Source of the DNA: Phycisphaera mikurensis NBRC 102666
GTDB taxonomy: Bacteria; Planctomycetota; Phycisphaerae; Phycisphaerales; Phycisphaeraceae
Assembly (NCBI RefSeq): GCF_000284115.1
Contig: NC_017080.1
Span: 1,140,001-1,172,000 of the forward strand
Direction of reading: 5' to 3'
DNA length: 32,000 nucleotides
The notes under the pieces are model-generated. The model was given only the letters and a program-made list of their open reading frames with translations. It was not told where the DNA came from and did no database searches. Positions within the stretch are counted from its first letter, which is position 1; every line of letters begins with the position of its first letter. Positions 27,061-32,000 of this stretch are shown in pieces. Made by a program: the position numbers and the translations under genes.

Positions 27061-27106
27061 CCGCGGACCGTGGCCGTTCTCCCGGGGGAACGACCTCGGT
27101 CCGCGG
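27061..27106 (-). repeat. 46-bp dispersed inverted-repeat element, copy D
   Basis: CCGCGGACCG-tggccgttctcccgggggaacgacct-CGGTCCGCGG, perfect arms, 15 bp beyond the PEP-CTERM stop codon. Inner near-palindrome CGTTCTCCC/GGGGGAACG. Confidence 0.85.
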
Positions 27107-27121
27107 ATGCCTGCCGCGCGC

Positions 27122-27838
27122 TCAGCCCCGCCGGCGGCCGAGCAGGGCGACGCCGCCGAGGGCCACCAGCGCGAGGCTGGCGGGCTCGGGGACGGTGTCG
27201 AAGGTGGCGGTGATGGCGAGGTCCTGGGCGTCGGTGGCGCCGCCGAGGAAGCCCGTGCCCGAGGGCGGACCGAAGAGAGCGGTGACGTCGAAGTTGCCCG
27301 TGCCGCCGAGGTTGGTGATCGGCGTGAAGACGCCGGGGCTGCTCTCCTCGAAGCCGACGAAGGCCACCGAGACGCCCAGCGGCGTGAGGTTGCCGGCGCC
27401 GTCGTCGGTCACGAAGACGGCGGAGTAGGGGGCGTCGTCGGTGTAGCTCAGCTCCAGGCCGCCGAACTCGAAGTCGTAGGCGGTGCCGTACACGGCGGAG
27501 GTGGTGTCGACGGTGTTGGTCGACACGCCAACCGCGTCTGCGGCGGTGAGCCCGCCGCTGAAGTCGAAGAAGGCGGCGGGCAGCACCGCGAGCAGCGTGG
27601 AGGTGGAGCCGACGCCGTCGCCGCCGGAGGTGAAGCCGAAGGTCTCGAGGAAGACCGAGTCGCTCGGGGCGAGGCCCGGGTCGGGCGTGGCGCCAAGCGA
27701 CGGCACGAAGCTCTGCCCGTAGGCCGTCGTCGCGCCACCCAGCGGGGTCGACAGCGTGAAGGGCACCGCGGCGGCGGTGCCGGTGACGGCGAGTGCGGCG
27801 GCGGTGGCGGCGAGGGTTCGGGCGGTGGGGAAGGACAT
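27122..27838 (-). CDS. PEP-CTERM sorting domain protein
   Basis: Signal peptide MSFPTARTLAATAAALAVTGTAAA and C-terminal VPEPASLALVALGGVALLGRRRG. Start set at 27838. Confidence 0.88.
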   Translation of the reverse strand: MSFPTARTLAATAAALAVTGTAAAVPFTLSTPLGGATTAYGQSFVPSLGATPDPGLAPSDSVFLETFGFTSGGDGVGSTSTLLAVLPAAFFDFSGGLTAADAVGVSTNTVDTTSAVYGTAYDFEFGGLELSYTDDAPYSAVFVTDDGAGNLTPLGVSVAFVGFEESSPGVFTPITNLGGTGNFDVTALFGPPSGTGFLGGATDAQDLAITATFDTVPEPASLALVALGGVALLGRRRG

Positions 27839-27902
27839 GGGGTCTCCTGGGGAGTTCCGAAAGATGGCCCTGACGCGGGCGGCGAGCGACCGGAGTGGCC
27901 GC

Positions 27903-27920
27903 ATTCTGAACGTTCAGAAT
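27903..27920. promoter_or_regulatory. Candidate operator, perfect 18-bp palindrome
   Basis: ATTCTGAACGTTCAGAAT, 64 bp upstream of the PEP-CTERM ATG. 15/18 identical to the site at 29118-29135. Confidence 0.7.
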
Positions 27921-27963
27921 AACGGCCATCGAGGTGGGGTCAAGGCCGGTTCCGCCCCTGCCC

Positions 27964-29061
27964 TCAAGCCAGCGTCCGCACGCTCGCCCGCTCGATCAGC
28001 CGCGGGGCGGCCGGGGCGGGCAGCGGATCGCCGGACCCGAGGCCGAGCCGCTCGGCCGTGGACGCGGCTATGGCGGCGCAGCGGGCGTCGATGCCGTTGT
28101 CGACGGTGGTGAGCGCGGGCACCGTGTAGCCCGACTCGGGCACGTTGTCGTAGCCCATCACCGAGACGTCGCCCGGCACGGCGACGCCGCGGAGGTGCAG
28201 GGCCGAGAGCAGCGGGATCGCGATCTGGTCCGTCTTGGCGAGCACGGCGGTGGGGCGGGCGGCCGGCGGCGCGTCGATCCAGCGGCGCGTGAAGGCGTCG
28301 GCGGCCTCGAAGCTCTCGGCGTAGCTGCTGCGGTCGCCGCAGGGCAGCATCCACGCCTTGCGCTGAAGGCCGGCTTCAGAGAGCACGCGGGAGAAGCCTT
28401 GCTGCACCGAGCCGCGGCCGAGGCGGGCGTCGGCCGGCGGGTACGCGCCCAGGAACGCGATCCGCTCGTGGCCCCGCGCGAGCAGGAAGCCCGCGGCCGC
28501 GGCGCCGCCGGCGTCGTCGTCCATCGCGACCCCGCCCACCTTGGGCAGGTGGCCGATGGCGCCGAACGGGGTCACCGGCAGGCCCGAGGCCGTGAGCGCC
28601 CGAAGCTCGCCGAGCACCGCCTTGTCCCACGGGTACACCGGGCCGACCACCAGCCCGTCCACGCCGCGGCCGGACAGCCGCCCGGCCGCCTCCCGCAGCG
28701 CCCCCGCCTCGACCGAGGCGAGCACGATGAGCTCGGCGGTGAGCCCGCGGGCGAGCAGCTCGGCTTGCAGCCGCCCGTACAGCCGGGCGTAGAAAGGGTT
28801 CTCGAAGCCGTGGACCATCACCACCCCCACCCCGAAGCTCCGCCCGCGTCGGAGGTCCTGCGCGGCCCGAGCCGGGCGGTATCCCATCTCGGCGATGAGC
28901 GACGCGACCTTCTTCTGCGTCGCCTCCGCGTACCGGTCGGCCAACCCGCGGTTGACGATGTCCGAGACGGTCCCCACCGAGAGGCCCGAGGCCGCGGCCA
29001 CGTCCTTGAGCGTCACACGGGCGGGCGCGGCGGCGTTCGGAGCTCGGTTGGCGGCAGGCAA
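27964..29061 (-). CDS. LacI family transcriptional regulator
   Basis: VTLKDVAAASGLSVGTVSDIVNRGLADRYAEATQKKVASLIAEMGYRPA. The start could instead be GTG at 29016. Confidence 0.92.
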   Translation of the reverse strand: MPAANRAPNAAAPARVTLKDVAAASGLSVGTVSDIVNRGLADRYAEATQKKVASLIAEMGYRPARAAQDLRRGRSFGVGVVMVHGFENPFYARLYGRLQAELLARGLTAELIVLASVEAGALREAAGRLSGRGVDGLVVGPVYPWDKAVLGELRALTASGLPVTPFGAIGHLPKVGGVAMDDDAGGAAAAGFLLARGHERIAFLGAYPPADARLGRGSVQQGFSRVLSEAGLQRKAWMLPCGDRSSYAESFEAADAFTRRWIDAPPAARPTAVLAKTDQIAIPLLSALHLRGVAVPGDVSVMGYDNVPESGYTVPALTTVDNGIDARCAAIAASTAERLGLGSGDPLPAPAAPRLIERASVRTLA

Positions 29062-29117
29062 CGCCCTTTTGTAACGCTCTTGGGTGAAGCCGTGGCGGGA
29101 TCCGTCTTGACGCGGCC

Positions 29118-29135
29118 GGTCTTAACGTTCAGAAT
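29118..29135. promoter_or_regulatory. Candidate operator between divergent lacI-type and GH2 genes
   Basis: GGTCTTAACGTTCAGAAT, 15/18 matches to 27903-27920 with an identical right half, 9 bp before the GH2 ATG. Confidence 0.65.
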
Positions 29136-29144
29136 GGCGATCTC

Positions 29145-31637
29145 ATGATTCCAGCCCCTCGCCACCGCTTCTGCCTCGACACCGGATGGCGCTTCAGCCT
29201 CGACGACCCCGATGCCCCCCGGGCGATCGCGTGGAGCGACGAGGAGCGGAGCCTGCTGGGCTTCGAGCCCGAGCTGGGCAAGGCCAACGGCGTGGTCTGG
29301 AGCAAGGCGGGCAAGTGCTACGGCCCGGCCGCGGCGGGCTTCGACGCCAGCGGCTGGCGGAGCGTCGACCTGCCGCACGACTGGTCCGTGGAGCGGGCGC
29401 CGGACCCGGCCTTCCCGCTGCGCAACGGCTTCCTCGCGATGGGCATCGGCTGGTACCACCGGCCGCTCCGCGTCGACCCGGCCTGGGCGGGCAAGCGGGT
29501 GACGCTCCGCTTCGACGGGATCTACCGCGACGCGACCGTCTTCGCCAACGGCCACGTGCTCGCCTTCCACCGCTCGGGTTACCTGCCGCTGGAGGTGGAC
29601 CTCAGCGACGTCCTCGACTTCGAGAACCCCGAGCACAACGCCATCGCCGTGCGGGTCGACGCTTCCGAGAAAGAGGGCTGGTTCTACGAGGGCTGCGGGA
29701 TCCACCGCCACGCGTGGCTGACGGTCACCGACCCGGTGCACCTGGTCACCGACGGCGTCTTCGCCCAGGTCGATTGGACGCCCGGCGAAGCGGCGAGCGT
29801 CGGGCTCTGGGCCGAGGTCGGCAACGCCGCGGACCGCGGCCTCGAGGCGGAGGTGGAGCACGCCGTCCGCGGCGCCGGCGGCGAGCTGGTGGCGGTGATG
29901 CGGGCCGCGGTCTTCGTGGAGCCCGGCGGCGTGTCGACCACCCGGCAGGCGCTGGTGATCGACTCGCCGCGGCCCTGGGGGCCGGAGGATCGGCACCGCT
30001 ACCGCGTGACGACGCGGCTCCGCGTCGATGGCCGGGTGGTCGACGCGCGGGAGGACCGCTTCGGGGTGCGGCACGTCGCCTTCGACGCGGCGACCGGCAT
30101 GAAGCTCAACGGGGAGCCGCTCAAGCTCAAGGGCGTCTGCTGCCATCCCGACCACGCCGGCGTCGGCTCCGCCCTGCCCGACGACCTGCAGGTGTGGCGG
30201 CTCGAGAAGCTGCGCGAGCTGGGCTGCAACGCGTACCGCGCGGCCCACAACCCGCCGACGCCGGAGGTTCTGGAGGCGTGCGACCGCCTGGGGATCCTCG
30301 TCATCGACGAGGCCCGCGTCTTCGGCGTCGGCGAGGAGCACCTCGGACAGCTGGAGTCGATGATCCGCCGCGACCGCAACCACCCCTGCGTCATCCTCTG
30401 GTCGCTGGCGAACGAGGAGATGCAGGTGCAGTGCACGCCCGTGGGCGCCCGGATGCTCAAGACGGCCCTGCGGCGGGCCCGCCGGCTCGACGCGACCCGC
30501 GGCTTCACCACCGCGGTGAACACCGGGTGGGACGGCGAGGTCGGGTTCATCGAGCACGCCGACGTCCACGGCATCAACTACTTCGGCAACGGCGACATCG
30601 ACGAGCTCCGCCGCGTGCGCCCCGACGTGCCGGTGATCCTCTCCGAAGGCGCGAGCGCCATCTGCACCCGCGGGGCGTACGCCAACGATCCCGCTGCGGG
30701 TTACGTCGCCGAGTACGACGACCACACGCCGCCGCCGGCCCACCCGCAGCTGATGCAGTGGCCGCACTGGGGCCGCTGTGCCGGGGACTCCTGGCGTCAG
30801 GTCGCCGCCCGCGCCGACGTCGCCGGCACCTTCGTCTGGACGGGCTTCGACTACCGGGGGGAGCAGACGCCCTACCAGCGTTGGCCCGGCACGGGCTCGC
30901 ACTTCGGCATCTACGACAGCTGCGGCTTCCCCAAGGACGGGACCTCCTACTACAGGGCTTGGTGGTCGGGCGAGCCCGTGCTGCACGTCTTCCCGCACTG
31001 GAGCTGGCCGGGCCGCGAGGGGGAGACGATCGACGTGTGGGCCTACAGCAACGCCGCGACGGTCGAGCTGTTCTGCAACGGCCGTTCGTGCGGCGAGCGG
31101 AGCATCCCGCGGAACGGGCACGCGTCGTGGCCGGTTCCTTACGAGGCCGGCGAGCTGTCGGCGGTCGCCCGCTGGGCCGACGGATCGGAGCGTCGGGCGG
31201 TCGTCGAGACCGCCGGCCCGGCGGTGGGCCTGCGGCTGGAGCGGGTCGCGCCCGAGCTGAGGCTCGCAACGACGCCGGTGCTCGCGGGCGATCCGCAGCC
31301 CCGGACGCTCGGCATCGTCCAGGTCGCCGTCGTCGACGCCGCCGGCCGCACCGTGCCCACAGCGATGGACCGCCTGACCTTCTCGCTCGACGGCGGGGCG
31401 GTCCTGCTCGGCTTGGGCAACGGCGACCCCAACGCCGACGGCATCGAGGCCCCGCGTTCCGCCACCGCCGAACGCGGCGCCTTCCACGGCCTGGCCCAGG
31501 CGCTGGTCGGCCTCGCCGCGGGCACCCCCGCGGTGCTGCGGGTGGCTGCCCCGGGCCTGGAGGCCGGCGAGCTCCTCCTCGACGCGGAGACCGCCGTCTC
31601 CACCGCCGCCCCGCGGACCGAGCGGGTTACCGGCTGA
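29145..31637 (+). CDS. GH2 family beta-galactosidase-like glycoside hydrolase
   Basis: WYHRPLRV, GIYRDATVFANGH, GCGIHRHAWLTV, RAAHNPPTPEVLEACDRLGILVIDEA, HPCVILWSLANEE. Confidence 0.93.
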   Translation: MIPAPRHRFCLDTGWRFSLDDPDAPRAIAWSDEERSLLGFEPELGKANGVVWSKAGKCYGPAAAGFDASGWRSVDLPHDWSVERAPDPAFPLRNGFLAMGIGWYHRPLRVDPAWAGKRVTLRFDGIYRDATVFANGHVLAFHRSGYLPLEVDLSDVLDFENPEHNAIAVRVDASEKEGWFYEGCGIHRHAWLTVTDPVHLVTDGVFAQVDWTPGEAASVGLWAEVGNAADRGLEAEVEHAVRGAGGELVAVMRAAVFVEPGGVSTTRQALVIDSPRPWGPEDRHRYRVTTRLRVDGRVVDAREDRFGVRHVAFDAATGMKLNGEPLKLKGVCCHPDHAGVGSALPDDLQVWRLEKLRELGCNAYRAAHNPPTPEVLEACDRLGILVIDEARVFGVGEEHLGQLESMIRRDRNHPCVILWSLANEEMQVQCTPVGARMLKTALRRARRLDATRGFTTAVNTGWDGEVGFIEHADVHGINYFGNGDIDELRRVRPDVPVILSEGASAICTRGAYANDPAAGYVAEYDDHTPPPAHPQLMQWPHWGRCAGDSWRQVAARADVAGTFVWTGFDYRGEQTPYQRWPGTGSHFGIYDSCGFPKDGTSYYRAWWSGEPVLHVFPHWSWPGREGETIDVWAYSNAATVELFCNGRSCGERSIPRNGHASWPVPYEAGELSAVARWADGSERRAVVETAGPAVGLRLERVAPELRLATTPVLAGDPQPRTLGIVQVAVVDAAGRTVPTAMDRLTFSLDGGAVLLGLGNGDPNADGIEAPRSATAERGAFHGLAQALVGLAAGTPAVLRVAAPGLEAGELLLDAETAVSTAAPRTERVTG

Positions 31638-31656
31638 TCGAGCCCGCGGTCCGCGG
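31611..31656 (+). repeat. 46-bp dispersed inverted-repeat element, copy E (spans the GH2 stop codon)
   Basis: CCGCGGACCG-agcgggttaccggctgatcgagcccg-CGGTCCGCGG, perfect arms. Encodes APRTERVTG-stop. Confidence 0.85.
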
Positions 31657-31694
31657 AGACCTCGCGGCCCCCGCGAGACCGACGGGCTCCGGCG

Positions 31695-32000
31695 TCAATC
31701 GGCCCGGACGTGCCGCCAAACGCCGAAGCAGCCGGTGGTGACGATGAGGTCGCCGGTGTGCGGGTCCACGCGGACGGTCTGCGGCTCGCGGCCGCCGTCG
31801 AGCCCGTCGCCCGCGTCGCCGCCGCGGGCGAGCGGATCGGTGCGGTTGAGGTTCTCCCAGGTCGCGCCGCCATCGGTGCTGCGGAGCACGCCGGCGTCGG
31901 CGGTCTGCGTGTCCATGCGCTGGCCCGCGAAGACGCGGGAGCCGTCGGCGGGGTCGACGGCGACGGTGCGGACGCGGTGCTCGCCGGTGCCCACCGGCGG
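31695..32000 (-). CDS. BNR/VPS10-like repeat protein, C-terminal part (5' end beyond window)
   Basis: DPADGSRVFAGQRM...GVLRSTDGGATWENLNR...VRVDPHTGDLIVTTG. The frame stays open to the window edge. Confidence 0.7.
   Translation of the reverse strand, partial: PPVGTGEHRVRTVAVDPADGSRVFAGQRMDTQTADAGVLRSTDGGATWENLNRTDPLARGGDAGDGLDGGREPQTVRVDPHTGDLIVTTGCFGVWRHVRAD

Noticed and set aside
26549-27922. 457-aa plus-strand ORF reading out of the tandem array
   Set aside because: Composed of repeat and intergenic sequence, then the antisense of the PEP-CTERM gene. No protein-family features.

Overview
GC-rich chromosomal window, most likely from a Phycisphaera-like planctomycete (inferred from composition, PEP-CTERM and DUF1559-like prepilin proteins, not proven). 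The backbone is a glycan-degradation region: sulfatases, an alpha-L-rhamnosidase-like protein, a GH51-like enzyme, a DUF5060-like hydrolase, two GH2-type enzymes and a Gfo/Idh/MocA oxidoreductase. Three LacI-family regulators are interleaved with prepilin-like and PEP-CTERM proteins. Also present are an Fpg/Nei-family protein without the usual N-terminal MPEGP, a TAXI-type binding protein, two tRNA-Thr genes, an M16 peptidase lipoprotein and a COG4586/4587/3694-type ABC exporter operon. The main unexplained signal is a dispersed family of 46-bp elements with fixed geometry: CCGCGGACCG-N26-CGGTCCGCGG. There are eight copies in 32 kb, six with perfect arms and two with one mismatch. The interior is degenerate but oriented, and the copies lie in intergenic regions, across a stop codon and inside coding sequence. 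The second is a tandem array (26171-26800) of 140-146 bp units with up to three adjacent hairpins at each unit junction. Also noted are palindromic LacI-type operator candidates, including a matching pair flanking the third LacI gene, an intergenic palindrome cluster at 13.08-13.27 kb, and an octamer VNTR between two ABC permease genes.
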